DNA of 63,228 bases, filler included, from Octopus bimaculoides (lineage: Eukaryota), in assembly GCF_001194135.2 (NCBI RefSeq). It is 7 parts of 6 records of this genome, joined end to end, with 100 filler letters (N's around TTAATTAATTAA, not from the genome) between each part and the next. Parts side by side here need not be neighbours in the genome. Positions count along the whole stretch, not along the records: positions 1 to 28,043 come from NC_068997.1; 6 more parts are not named here. The stretch is one strand, 5' to 3'. The translations under genes and the position numbers were made by a program. This document shows, in pieces, positions 14,553 through 27,336 of the stretch. Under the pieces are notes generated by a model. That model did no database searches, was not told the origin of the DNA, and saw only the letters and a list, made by a program, of their open reading frames with translations. Position 1 is the stretch's first letter; every line of letters begins with the position of its first letter.

Positions 14553-15073
14553 GTGCTCTTAGAACAACAGTTTAATAATAGGAAAGACACCTCATTCTGA
14601 AATAGGAATGTTCGAAGTTGTTAGTCGCTACTAATGACTATGAACGGTGTTTTGTTGTTAGTCAGAGAAAGAAGGTAACACTGTGTTTGGATAATTTTAC
14701 TATATCTATTTAATTTTGTTCCTCTTTACTAAACAGAGCATCATTAACGTGAAAAGTATAATTTCTACGGTGCCATAAGTTCAATGGACTAAACAAACAT
14801 ATGTCCGCCATTTATTTTATCCTATAAATCTATATTTTATATCAATGATACACTCCTCAAAGGATCATAATTTTGACTTTAATTCACAAAAGGCTAAATT
14901 ATTCTATTTTGATGAATATATCTATAGATTTTTGGCCAACACTCTACGAAGAGTGAGAGATGTAAACACCATGGTTTTCGACATATTTTCTTACTGACAA
15001 AAACAGAGCTCAACTGGATTAATTTGAAGTTCCTTGCAATTGATTATATAATCATTATTACTAAAAGCTTTAA

Positions 15074-15200
15074 GGCAGCGAGCAGACAGAATCGTTAGTA
15101 CGCCGAGCAAAATGCTTCGTAGCATTTCTTCCATCTTTAAATTCTGAGTTCAAATTCCGCCGAGGCTCCTTTGCCTTTCATCGTTTTGAAATAAATAAAA
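15074..15200 (+). mobile_element. SINE family A, 3'-truncated
   Basis: GGCAGCGAGCAGACAGAATCGTTAGTACGCCG...GAGTTCAAATTCCGCCGAGG...GCCTTTCATC. Confidence 0.75.
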
Positions 15201-18135
15201 AGGCGAGGAACAGCTATGCTATTTCATGCTAACACAAATCAAAAGATGCAACGACAGCATGAACGAAGAATATTATGAATTAAGTATACATACATTCATG
15301 CATACATAAGTATATACATGCGTAGACATATACATATACAGTCACACAAATACAAACGCGCACATATATGCGTGTGTGTGTCTATATATATATATATAAT
15401 GTCCGTGTGTACACATATATATGTATGTGTATTTATGTCTACATCAAGACATGCGCATAAAGTTATATAGAAATTAGTTTCACAGCAGCAGGTCGTACAA
15501 AGACGATCATTTTTAACTTTTCGTTTATTTCGTAATAGTACAGTTCAATATGGAATAATTTACCGCATATCTGCAATGTCACTACGTCATTGATCATGAC
15601 AAAGAATTGCGACGAAACATTTGGCATTCCATAATAGACAACATTATTAAGAAATAAACAAAGAAATGAATAGAGTAGATTCTATCTGTTCTCCAATGGC
15701 TAAAATGACTTTTCGACTATATAATAGTAATCTGTTTCATATATATATATATANNNNNNNNNNNNNNNNNNNNNNNNNNNNNNNNNNNNNNNNNNNNNNN
15801 NNNNNNNNNNNNNNNNNNNNNNNNNNNNNNNNNNNNNNNNNNNNNNNNNNNNNNNNNNNNNNNNNNNNNNNNNNNNNNNNNNNNNNNNNNNNNNNNNNNN
15901 NNNNNNNNNNNNNNNNNNNNNNNNNNNNNNNNNNNNNNNNNNNNNNNNNNNNNNNNNNNNNNNNNNNNNNNNNNNNNNNNNNNNNNNNNNNNNNNNNNNN
16001 NNNNNNNNNNNNNNNNNNNNNNNNNNNNNNNNNNNNNNNNNNNNNNNNNNNNNNNNNNNNNNNNNNNNNNNNNNNNNNNNNNNNNNNNNNNNNNNNNNNN
16101 NNNNNNNNNNNNNNNNNNNNNNNNNNNNNNNNNNNNNNNNNNNNNNNNNNNNNNNNNNNNNNNNNNNNNNNNNNNNNNNNNNNNNNNNNNNNNNNNNNNN
16201 NNNNNNNNNNNNNNNNNNNNNNNNNNNNNNNNNNNNNNNNNNNNNNNNNNNNNNNNNNNNNNNNNNNNNNNNNNNNNNNNNNNNNNNNNNNNNNNNNNNN
16301 NNNNNNNNNNNNNNNNNNNNNNNNNNNNNNNNNNNNNNNNNNNNNNNNNNNNNNNNNNNNNNNNNNNNNNNNNNNNNNNNNNNNNNNNNNNNNNNNNNNN
16401 NNNNNNNNNNNNNNNNNNNNNNNNNNNNNNNNNNNNNNNNNNNNNNNNNNNNNNNNNNNNNNNNNNNNNNNNNNNNNNNNNNNNNNNNNNNNNNNNNNNN
16501 NNNNNNNNNNNNNNNNNNNNNNNNNNNNNTATATATATATATATATATATAATTATTAATTTAATACGCACACACAAACACACACACACAAACACACACA
16601 CACAAACACACACACACACACTCAAACACACACACATATAACATAGGTAGAAACTCATTACATGAAAAAACGAATGAAAAATGTAACGGAATTGTGTTTA
16701 ATAGAACACTATGACATTTTTAGCTCCAAATGTATTAACCATTTTTATAATACAAGTAGGTAGTCTTAATTGAATTGGTTATATTTTAACAGCTATTGGG
16801 TTTCTAACTAATATTTATGGTATAATAAACTCGTTTTTCCCTATCGTAGCTAAAGCTTTGACTTTTTATAAATTGTGTTCAAGACTATAGGGTTTTATGT
16901 CCATTTTATGGTTTATTATATTTTAAGTGAATAAATGTGTGCGTGTATGTGTGTGCAGGCGTATGTGCGTGTGCGTGACGTGTATCATAGACAAATATAT
17001 ATTTATATATACAAAGAGAGAGGTGGAGTGAGAGATACAGATACAGAGACATAGAGGGAGTGAGAAAGAGAGAGATTGATATACATATATATAAAGACAG
17101 ACATAGATATACCCATACGCAGTGTTTATTTGTTTCATTTCATACCAGTTACACTTATTTTTCTCCTTTTCATCTCTCTTACGAATTAAATATAAATATA
17201 ATTATTCAATAACTAGTTTATATGAATCTTTTAAATGGTTAGCTATATTACGTTTGTGAAATGATGTTAGAGATTCTAAAGGAAATTTCTTTTTTTACGA
17301 TCACTAAATTTGAACAGAAGTGATTATATCACTTACTATTTACACACTTGCATTTATATATATATATATATATNNNNNNNNNNNNNNNNNNNNNNNNNNN
17401 NNNNNNNNNNNNNNNNNNNNNNNNNNNNNNNNNNNNNNNNNNNNNNNNNNNNNNNNNNNNNNNNNNNNNNNNNNNNNNNNNNNNNNNNNNNNNNNNNNNN
17501 NNNNNNNNNNNNNNNNNNNNNNNNNNNNNNNNNNNNNNNNNNNNNNNNNNNNNNNNNNNNNNNNNNNNNNNNNNNNNNNNNNNNNNNNNNNNNNNNNNNN
17601 NNNNNNNNNNNNNNNNNNNNNNNNNNNNNNNNNNNNNNNNNNNNNNNNNNNNNNNNNNNNNNNNNNNNNNNNNNNNNNNNNNNNNNNNNNNNNNNNNNNN
17701 NNNNNNNNNNNNNNNNNNNNNNNNNNNNNNNNNNNNNNNNNNNNNNNNNNNNNNNNNNNNNNNNNNNNNNNNNNNNNNNNNNNNNNNNNNNNNNNNNNNN
17801 NNNNNNNNNNNNNNNNNNNNNNNNNNNNNNNNNNNNNNNNNNNNNNNNNNNNNNNNNNNNNNNNNNNNNNNNNNNNNNNNNNNNNNNNNNNNNNNNNNNN
17901 NNNNNNNNNNNNNNNNNNNNNNNNNNNNNNNNNNNNNNNNNNNNNNNNNNNNNNNNNNNNNNNNNNNNNNNNNNNNNNNNNNNNNNNNNNNNNNNNNNNN
18001 NNNNNNNNNNNNNNNNNNNNNNNNNNNNNNNNNNNNNNNNNNNNNNNNNNNNNNNNNNNNNNNNNNNNNNNNNNNNNNNNNNNNNNNNNNNNNNNNNNNN
18101 NNNNNNNNNNNNNNNNNNNNNNNNNNNNNNNNNNN

Positions 18136-18203
<68 letters not shown>

Positions 18204-18654
18204 ATGTGTATACACACATATATGTATGAAGGTATGTATGTATATATATTTACTGGAAAAGTTTTGCATTGTTCAATTGATAACTAAAAACATAACAATA
18301 CGAGCCTGAAATTCATTGTTAAATTTTAAAAGGTAAATAGTACCAGTTGCAAAAATAGTTTTGTATTCGTATACATTTAATTTTTCTTCTTCCCTTTAGC
18401 TGAAAATGTATACTGCATATTTAGCTGCATAGGCATATTTCCAGCAAAATAAAACTACTTCTCAATATTCCAACTCCTCATTTAGCTTGCAACTTCTCTC
18501 ACTTTTATAATTCATATATAAAATGTAGAATTTGTAAGATAGTTCAAAGATAGTAACTGCTTGACAAAACGATTTGGGCGAAACCATTTTACATAGTGTG
18601 TTAACTGACGTCATCACTTATTGGTTATATGTGCTCAATGTTTCAAGAAACTGT

Positions 18655-18685
<31 letters not shown>

Positions 18686-18792
18686 TATATACATACATAC
18701 ATACATACATACATGCATACATACATACATATATATATATATGTATGTATAGGTACATATGGATGTGTGCGTGTATATATATATATATATAA

Positions 18793-18922
18793 ATAGTAAA
18801 TGAGTATATACATATATACGTACAGGTATGTGCATACCGACATCCACCTGTATGTATAGGTGCATATCTGGGTACAGGACATTGCAAACAAAACGTAGAC
18901 GAGAAAACACACAAGCCACATA
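18793..18922. repeat. Dispersed roughly 130-bp repeat, also at 19497-19671 (same orientation) and 6592-6700 (inverted, diverged)
   Basis: AGGTATGTGCATACCGACATCCACCTGTATGTATAGGTGCATATCTGGGTACAGGACATTGCAAACAAAACGTAGACGAGAAAACACACAAG is shared. The family is unidentified. Confidence 0.75.
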
Positions 18923-20822
18923 GAGAACATTCTACTTCATCAGCTACCCACGTTTTAACACCGGCGTTTCGACTAGGTTGGGCAGGACGCATCGTTAAAA
19001 CGGCTCAACCCATGGACCGCAGATTAAATTTGTATACGCAAATTAAATCTTGCCATGGAGGAATGTAGTGGCGGACAAAAAACAAGACAGGAAAGCAAAC
19101 AGAAAAGGCTTTNNNNNNNNNNNNNNNNNNNNNNNNNNNNNNNNNNCGGCGATAGCCAAGGAAGAAAAGGATTATTGACCGGAAGCATATGACCATGCCG
19201 GTGTAAGGGGAAGAGAGAGAGTGGTAAAGGGAGATACAAAGGGAGGAAGTAGAAGAATAGGTGAGCAACGAGAGGAAAAGAGAAAGAGAGGAAGTACGAG
19301 GGGGAAAAAAGAGATACATAGTAGTAACAGAGGAAGAACGAGAGGAGTAAAGCGAGATACGTAGTAGTAAAGAGGTAGAACGAGAGGGGGAAAAAGATAG
19401 AGGAAGAGAAAGTGAAAGAGATAGAGTAGCGTTGGAAGATATAAGTTTAAGAAAACTACTTACGATTGGAGACGCCGCGTTCAGTCATGTAAAAACAAAT
19501 AGTAAATGAGTATATGCATATATACGTAGAGGTATGTGCATACCGACATCCACCTGNNNNNNNNNNACGTAGAGGTATGTGCATACCGACATCCACCTGT
19601 ATGTATAGGTGCATATCTGGGTACAGGACATTGCAAACAAAACGTAGACGAGAAAACACACAAGCTACATATATATAACGCATTATATTACTAATTATCT
19701 TATAAAGCATAATAGAGATCATGTCATGATTCTTGCGGAAATGTATATCGTAAAATATATGCATACGTATGACAACAGAAGTAAAGAAAATAAGTGTGCG
19801 TCTCTGTGAGTGTCTGTGTGTGTGGAGGATGTGTGTGTGGAGGATGTGTGTGTAGAGGATGTGTGTCTGTATACTCTAGCGTTTGTAAAGAGTCTATACA
19901 TAGTTTGTTAGGTGAAAAGTAAAGAATAACATATAGCAGTTTAAAATTCGGCCAAATTATCATATATTATATGGGATATGACATAAAGTGTTGTCCATCG
20001 CCTTTTATATGCCAGCTAGTGATATTGTGAACGTTTATTAAAGTTCATTAGAAGGAATTCAGCAATGATGCGACGGACAGATCCAAATCACTTGAGAAAT
20101 GAATTCACACTTAGAAAACGTTTTGGGCAGCCAGTATTACTGAGCTTTTCTGATGTGTGTGAGTGTATAGATATATAGAAAGTTTTATTCACATACTTAT
20201 ATATATTTTTATTTGTTATGGCTATCTGGGAAACATGTTACAATTTGCAGATTCATGTCTGTATGGTGCGCTTCTGAACTGAATTGACCATTCTCAAAAT
20301 AATACTATTACCATCATCTTTTGACTTCTCTATACAAATTTCAAGAGTGCTGAGTGATGCTATGCTGCGAGATTGTGTAAACTGTTTTATTACGTGTAGA
20401 CAGTTTTTCAATGACTGACAGGTTAGTTAATTGAGATGTTGTACTTTCGTACTGACCGCAGACGTTAGGCGTAGATCAACAATTCGATTTTTCATGCACT
20501 TACATTTATATAGGAATCTATGTGCTTGTGTGTGTGTGTATGTGTGTGTACGCACGCGTTCGTTTGTGTTCTTTAGAGAAACTCTTTTACTTTTTACTCA
20601 CCCTTTTTCTCTTTGTCCCTCTCACTCTCTCTCTCTCTCTCTCTCTCACACACACTCACATACACTTTTCATTCACACACATACACACACACCACCTACA
20701 TTCATCATGCATATTTTTAAAGTGGACTTCGTAAAATGGGAAGCAACTTCTTACTTAATAAATAAATGTTTGACTTCTTCCGTGAGTTCTTCATTTAACG
20801 TTTGTTAACGATCGATAGTGAT

Positions 20823-20840
20823 AACGACGACGACGACAAC

Positions 20841-20904
<64 letters not shown>

Positions 20905-20939
20905 CTGGTGATACATTCATACATACATACATACATACA

Positions 20940-20973
<34 letters not shown>

Positions 20974-20975
20974 CA
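20823..20975 (+). repeat. (GAC)n(GAT)n followed by (CATA)n
   Basis: Direct inspection. Immediately 5' of the RLE retrotransposon remnant. Confidence 0.95.
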
Positions 20976-21330
20976 TCTTTGAAAATCAAAGAAAAAGAGG
21001 ATACCCATGGACAACTTCTTCGAAACCTCCAGCTTCTGTACCCAGACTATGAAATCATATTCATACCAATAATAATTGGAGTACTAGGCTTTGTTAGTAA
21101 ATGCTGAAAAGAGAATCAGGATAAACTGGGGTTTTTCAGAAAGAGAAACTGACCGGCTGACATTATAAGTCCAATCTGTGAGTGGAACAGTAAAAATATG
21201 CAAGACTTTTCTCAAGTTCCAAGCGTGAATTCGTCTGTGTTAACTACATCCCAAAGATTGAGCTTTGTATCTTTGTTGAAAATCGGCTCCCTCCTGAGTG
21301 GAAAATTCATGATAATTGAAAAATAGAAGA
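20976..21330 (+). mobile_element. 3' end of a non-LTR retrotransposon of the restriction-like endonuclease (RLE) class (R4/Dong/NeSL/CRE-like), 5'-truncated
   Basis: KIKEKEDTHGQLLRNLQLLYPDYEIIFIPIIIGVLGFVSKC and, after disruption, VQSVSGTVKICKTFLKFQA* (TGA at 21226-21228). This matches the K..EK..Y..L...P(I/V)IIGALG...GT.KI C-terminus of RLE elements. The 3' boundary is approximate. Confidence 0.7.
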
Positions 21331-24300
21331 AACATACACATTGAGGTACTCGTTCTTCCACTCTCTTTGAGTTCAAATGATACCGTGGTCATACTTGCTG
21401 TTTATTTCGATATTACACCGATCTAGTACAAGCATCATAGGCACTAAATGCGGTTGCACAGTAAAAACGCAGTCCTTTATGATTTTATACAATAAACTAC
21501 ACTTTAAGGCACTTCCTAACGGTTCATCACTTACACTCAATAATTATTACATCATTACTAGAGCTGTACCGAGATTACGTCATTTTGTTAATAGTGAAAC
21601 ATTACTCGAGTGAATCATTCATTATTGGTTAAAAAAATAAGCCTACCCGATATACGGGTGTGTGTATGTGTGTGTGTGTGTGTGTGNNNNNNNNNNNNNN
21701 NNNNNNNNNNNNNNNNNNNNNNNNNNNNNNNNNNNNNNNNNNNNNNNNNNNNNNNNNNNNNNNNNNNNNNNNNNNNNNNNNNNNNNNNNNNNNNNNNNNN
21801 NNNNNNNNNNNNNNNNNNNNNNNNNNNNNNNNNNNNNNNNNNNNNNNNNNNNNNNNNNNNNNNNNNNNNNNNNNNNNNNNNNNNNNNNNNNNNNNNNNNN
21901 NNNNNNNNNNNNNNNNNNNNNNNNNNNNNNNNNNNNNNNNNNNNNNNNNNNNNNNNNNNNNNNNNNNNNNNNNNNNNNNNNNNNNNNNNNNNNNNNNNNN
22001 NNNNNNNNNNNNNNNNNNNNNNNNNNNNNNNNNNNNNNNNNNNNNNNNNNNNNNNNNNNNNNNNNNNNNNNNNNNNNNNNNNNNNNNNNNNNNNNNNNNN
22101 NNNNNNNNNNNNNNNNNNNNNNNNNNNNNNNNNNNNNNNNNNNNNNNNNNNNNNNNNNNNNNNNNNNNNNNNNNNNNNNNNNNNNNNNNNNNNNNNNNNN
22201 NNNNNNNNNNNNNNNNNNNNNNNNNNNNNNNNNNNNNNNNNNNNNNNNNNNNNNNNNNNNNNNNNNNNNNNNNNNNNNNNNNNNNNNNNNNNNNNNNNNN
22301 NNNNNNNNNNNNNNNNNNNNNNNNNNNNNNNNNNNNNNNNNNNNNNNNNNNNNNNNNNNNNNNNNNNNNNNNNNNNNNNNNNNNNNNNNNNNNNNNNNNN
22401 NNNNNNNNNNNNNNNNNNNNNNNNNNNNNNNNNNTATATATATATATATATATATATACATACATATATACATACATATATATGTGTGTGTATGTATATA
22501 TGCGCGTGTGTATATATGAACATATGTGAGCAAGCAGGTGGGCATATATGTATATGCCAGCACAAAGCTATTTTATCAATTAAACGGACGTTTATTTCGC
22601 ATTGTTTCTCTGGTTCCTTTCATCTTGAAATCCTAGCACTCTCCTCCCCTTCCTTTATTCCAATTCCCAGTTAGTCAATAATTGTACTATAGGTGAGCTA
22701 ATCACAAAAAGAGGTTTGTTCATCATAGAAGTCGGTCATATTCGCCACAGCTATTGTTTCAATCAGGTTTACTACGACCTTAATGTGTAATGGCGTTCAA
22801 ACGGACATGATCAGCCATGTTGGTTGCAACGAAAACAATGATGTTTGTAGTGAATATTTCTTTTTTTTTTTCTTTTCATTTGTATTTGCTTTTATTTTAA
22901 TTCTGATTTTATTTGGTGTGCACGGTTAATCGGAAGTGAGAGCTCACATAATTAAGAATGTTGTTGATCAAATTTATAGACAACAGAGCAGTCCAGATTT
23001 TTAAAATATTCATCGCACATGCTACACTGATGTTGCTTCCGGTTAAAGTCACTATCGACACTTTTATTCCACTCATTATTACTAACAAAATTCCTGCTCC
23101 AACTAACAGCCTCTGTTGATGAATTTATTGCTGCTTCTACTGCTACTGATGCAGCTGTTGCTAGTGATGCATATACTGCACCACCTTCTGTTGCTTTTAC
23201 AGTTGTTGTTGTTCCTTATGATGGTGGCGGTGGTGATACTGGTAGTGGTACTATTCGTTTCCTCCCCTTCTTGTTGCTACTGTTGCTACTGCTGTTTTTT
23301 TTTGTTCTTTTTTTATGTTGGTGTTGTTATTGTTACTGTCGTTGTTAATAAAGTTAATACCGTTGTTTTTTACGGTTGATTAATAGTACCGAAGTGTTAC
23401 TATAACTGTGTTGTTACAAATTTACAATACTGCTTGTTATTCTGTTTTTGCATATGGTTTGGGCTACAGATTCTCCAACTCACCCCCCCCCCNNNNNNNN
23501 NNNNNNNNNNNNNNNNNNNNNNNNNNNNNNNNNNNNNNNNNNNNNNNNNNNNNNNNNNNNNNNNNNNNNNNNNNNNNNNNNNNNNNNNNNNNNNNNNNNN
23601 NNNNNNNNNNNNNNNNNNNNNNNNNNNNNNNNNNNNNNNNNNNNNNNNNNNNNNNNNNNNNNNNNNNNNNNNNNNNNNNNNNNNNNNNNNNNNNNNNNNN
23701 NNNNNNNNNNNNNNNNNNNNNNNNNNNNNNNNNNNNNNNNNNNNNNNNNNNNNNNNNNNNNNNNNNNNNNNNNNNNNNNNNNNNNNNNNNNNNNNNNNNN
23801 NNNNNNNNNNNNNNNNNNNNNNNNNNNNNNNNNNNNNNNNNNNNNNNNNNNNNNNNNNNNNNNNNNNNNNNNNNNNNNNNNNNNNNNNNNNNNNNNNNNN
23901 NNNNNNNNNNNNNNNNNNNNNNNNNNNNNNNNNNNNNNNNNNNNNNNNNNNNNNNNNNNNNNNNNNNNNNNNNNNNNNNNNNNNNNNNNNNNNNNNNNNN
24001 NNNNNNNNNNNNNNNNNNNNNNNNNNNNNNNNNNNNNNNNNNNNNNNNNNNNNNNNNNNNNNNNNNNNNNNNNNNNNNNNNNNNNNNNNNNNNNNNNNNN
24101 NNNNNNNNNNNNNNNNNNNNNNNNNNNNNNNNNNNNNNNNNNNNNNNNNNNNNNNNNNNNNNNNNNNNNNNNNNNNNNNNNNNNNNNNNNNNNNNNNNNN
24201 NNNNNNNNNNNNNNNNNNNNNNNNNNNNNNNNNNNNNNNNNNNNNNNNNNNNNNNNNNNNNNNNNNNNNNNNNNNNNNNNNNNNNNNNNNNNNNNNNNNN

Positions 24301-24421
24301 NNNNNNNNNNNNNNNNNNNNNNNNNNNNNNNNNNNNNNNNNNNNNNNNNNNNNNNNNNNNNNNNNNNNNNNNNNNNNNNNNNNNNNNNNNNNNNNNNNNN
24401 NNNNNNNNNNNNNNNNNNNNN

Positions 24422-24580
24422 GTCCCCGTAACTTAGCGGTTCGGCAAAAGAGACCGATAGAATAAGTACTAGGCATCCAAAGAATAAGTCCTGGGGTCGA
24501 TTTGCTCGACTAAAGGCAGTGCTCCAGCATGGCCGCAGTCAAATGACTGAAACAAATAAAAGAGTAAAAGAGTAAAAGAG
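24422..24580 (+). mobile_element. 3' tail of SINE family B/C
   Basis: GTCCCCGTAACTTAGCGGTTCGGCAAAAGAGACCGATAG...CATGGCCGCAGTCAAATGACTGAAAC followed by repeated AGAGTAAA. The head is lost in the preceding gap. Confidence 0.85.
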
Positions 24581-25074
24581 TATATATATATACACACAAA
24601 TATCAGCAAAAGTGGTAGTTCTATCAACAAAGTAGTTGTACTAACAAGCAATGTTCACAGCCACTTCAACATGGCTTTCCGTTCGAACGGACTTTGCTGC
24701 AAATTTTTAACCCCAGGAGGACATATCCTCTAGCTGGTTAACGATGTACAGCTGCATCCGAGATATTGCGTGCAAGAGAGCAAACTCCTACCACTTTCTT
24801 AGCGATGGGTCCAGCAGATCAACCTGGTTTCGGGCTATTTCATACATGTCGGTGATTTGGTTGGAGAGTAAAATTGTACTGTTAGTTCCATGGTTAAAAG
24901 CGTTCTCAATCTATAGCGGTTAGCAGTCTTTGGAAGTGCTGACCGTCAATGCCAGACCACATCAGCAACTTTAACATCATCGTCGTCGACATCGTCATCG
25001 TCGTCGTCAACATCATCATCATCATCGCCATCTTCTTCTTCTTCTTCTTCTTCTTCCTCTTCTCCTACAAAAAC

Positions 25075-25216
25075 TGATGGGCTTTTTTCAGTTTCTGTTT
25101 ATCAAACGCACACACAAGGAATTGGTTGGCCGTAGGCTATAGTAGAAGACACTCGTCCAAAGAGCTATGCAGTGTAACTGAACACGGAACCTTGTGGTTG
25201 GGAAGCAAGCTTCTTT
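25075..25216 (-). mobile_element. SINE family B head
   Basis: GGCTATAGTAGAAGACACT...GGAACCTTGTGGTTGGGAAGCAAGCT. Confidence 0.75.
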
Positions 25217-25218
25217 AG

Positions 25219-25512
25219 AAAGCTGGATCTGTGCATGATGACCGCAGAACTGGACGTCCAAGAAAATCTGGAGAAAGAATTGAATGGGTTCGAGAATTCG
25301 AACAGGATCTGTAACTGTCGATTCGTCGGGCAACTAACTTGTTAGAAATTTCACAGGCTTCAACCCACACAACCCTACAATATGATCTGAACGAAAAAAA
25401 ACTCATCACATTCAAGTTTTTCACACTTTACAAGAAAAGGGGATTATCCACGCAGTTCAGTGATGGGTATTCAGCTTAATGATAAAATTGAAAGGGTCGA
25501 TTCAATCAACAA
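25219..25512 (+). mobile_element. Degenerate Tc1/mariner transposase fragment (DNA-binding HTH region)
   Basis: Manual translation KAGSVHDDRRTGRPRKSGERIEWVREFEQDL*LSIRRATNLLEISQASTHTTLQYDL, then a frameshift and HHIQVFHTL. GSV.D..R.GRPR and SIRR..L.IS are typical Tc1/mariner motifs. Abuts a SINE on its 5' side. Confidence 0.7.
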
Positions 25513-25929
25513 TATATATATTATATATATATATATTATTTCTATAATAATATATATATTTCATCATCTTCTTCTTTTACTATTTTCTTCTTTCTCTTCT
25601 ACTTCTTATTCTTTTTCTTTTTTCTTCTCCTTCTACTTATTTTACAGACATGAAGGGCTTCTTTCAGTTTCTGTCTGAAATCCACTCATACCTGTATATA
25701 TATAAATGTACGTATATGTGTTTGTGTGTGCGTGCGTGTGTATGTGTGTGTGTGTATGTGTGTGCGTTTACATATGTATGTATATATACACGACGACAGA
25801 TTTCTTTCAATTTCAATCCAATAAGTCTACTCAAAAAGCTTTAATCGGACCGAGGCCATAGTAGAAAACACTCACCTAAAGTGTCACATACTAAGACTGC
25901 GTATGTTGAATTCATTTCAGCTGGAAAGG

Positions 25930-25960
<31 letters not shown>

Positions 25961-26253
25961 NNNNNNNNNNNNNNNNNNNNNNNNNNNNNNNNNNNNNNNN
26001 NNNNNNNNNNNNNNNNNNNNNNNNNNNNNNNNNNNNNNNNNNNNNNNNNNNNNNNNNNNNNNNNNNNNNNNNNNNNNNNNNNNNNNNNNNNNNNNNNNNN
26101 NNNNNNNNNNNNNNNNNNNNNNNNNNNNNNNNNNNNNNNNNNNNNNNNNNNNNNNNNNNNNNNNNNNNNNNNNNNNNNNNNNNNNNNNNNNNNNNNNNNN
26201 NNNNNNNNNNNNNNNNNNNNNNNNNNNNNNNNNNNNNNNNNNNNNNNNNNNNN

Positions 26254-26312
<59 letters not shown>

Positions 26313-26946
26313 CAGCGTATATAGAAACTTATAATGCATACACGCAAGTGAAAAATTATTAAGGGTAACATTCAGTCTTGTCGAAAGTTTCAAAGAAAGT
26401 CATATTTCAAACACAAAGCTATGCTGAGAACACTGCTGGAACGTCAGACATCGTGTTTCGACGTGATTTGGTTTCCTCAGTGACCAATACCCTGGATGGT
26501 CTTCGAATCAGCCTAAAGTTGCTGTCTCCGACATGGAAATCAGTACACGATGTATTTTTACTGCTTTGTGCGAAAGCTAGCTAGAATTAAATAGATTTAC
26601 GCACACATATATATAAGATAACCAAAAATGGGACAAGAATGCAACACACCCAGACGATTAGATGATACAAAAAAGGAACAACAAAACAACATCCAAAACA
26701 GACGATACAAAGAAACAAGGACGGGTCATTCGGAGCTTTCTTTCTTCAGTCGAGTTTCAGATTATCTTTGCAATTTCGGCTGGTTATACTCGAGATTGAT
26801 CCAATCTGGCCAGACCCAAGTAAAAACTAAGCTAAGAGCACTAGATTTCTAGGAAGAAAGGAGCGAATGTATACGAAAACAAGGACGGGAAAAAAACGGA
26901 GAAATGGTACACAAATGCAAATAAAGGACAGAACAGGTGTCTTTCA

Positions 26947-26984
<38 letters not shown>

Positions 26985-26987
26985 TTG

Positions 26988-27336
26988 TCTTTTACTTGTT
27001 TCAGTCATTAGACTGTAGCCATGCATAGCACAGCCTTGAACTTTTAGACGTCGATCCCACTACTATTTTATTAAACCTGGTATTTATACGATCGGTCTCT
27101 TATAAAGAACCGCGAGGTTACGGGGATGCAAACACGTCACCACCGGTTGTGGTATGGGGATAAACACAGATTTTTAAAAAAGCACATACACATAGATATA
27201 CATACATAAATACGACAGGCTCCTTTCAGATTCTGTCTCAAAGCTTTGGTCGAAAACACTTGCCCAAAGTGTCACGCTGTGGGACTGAACCCGAAATCAT
27301 GTGGTCGGGAAGCTTGTTATCATACAGCTTACCTGC
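26988..27336 (-). mobile_element. Diverged SINE family B/C
   Basis: Colinear with 39177-39543. Confidence 0.75.

Noticed and set aside
26450-26850. Hammerhead ribozyme-like CTGAGGA...GAAAC and CTGAAGA motifs on the minus strand
   Set aside because: Stem II cannot be paired canonically and stems I/III are absent.
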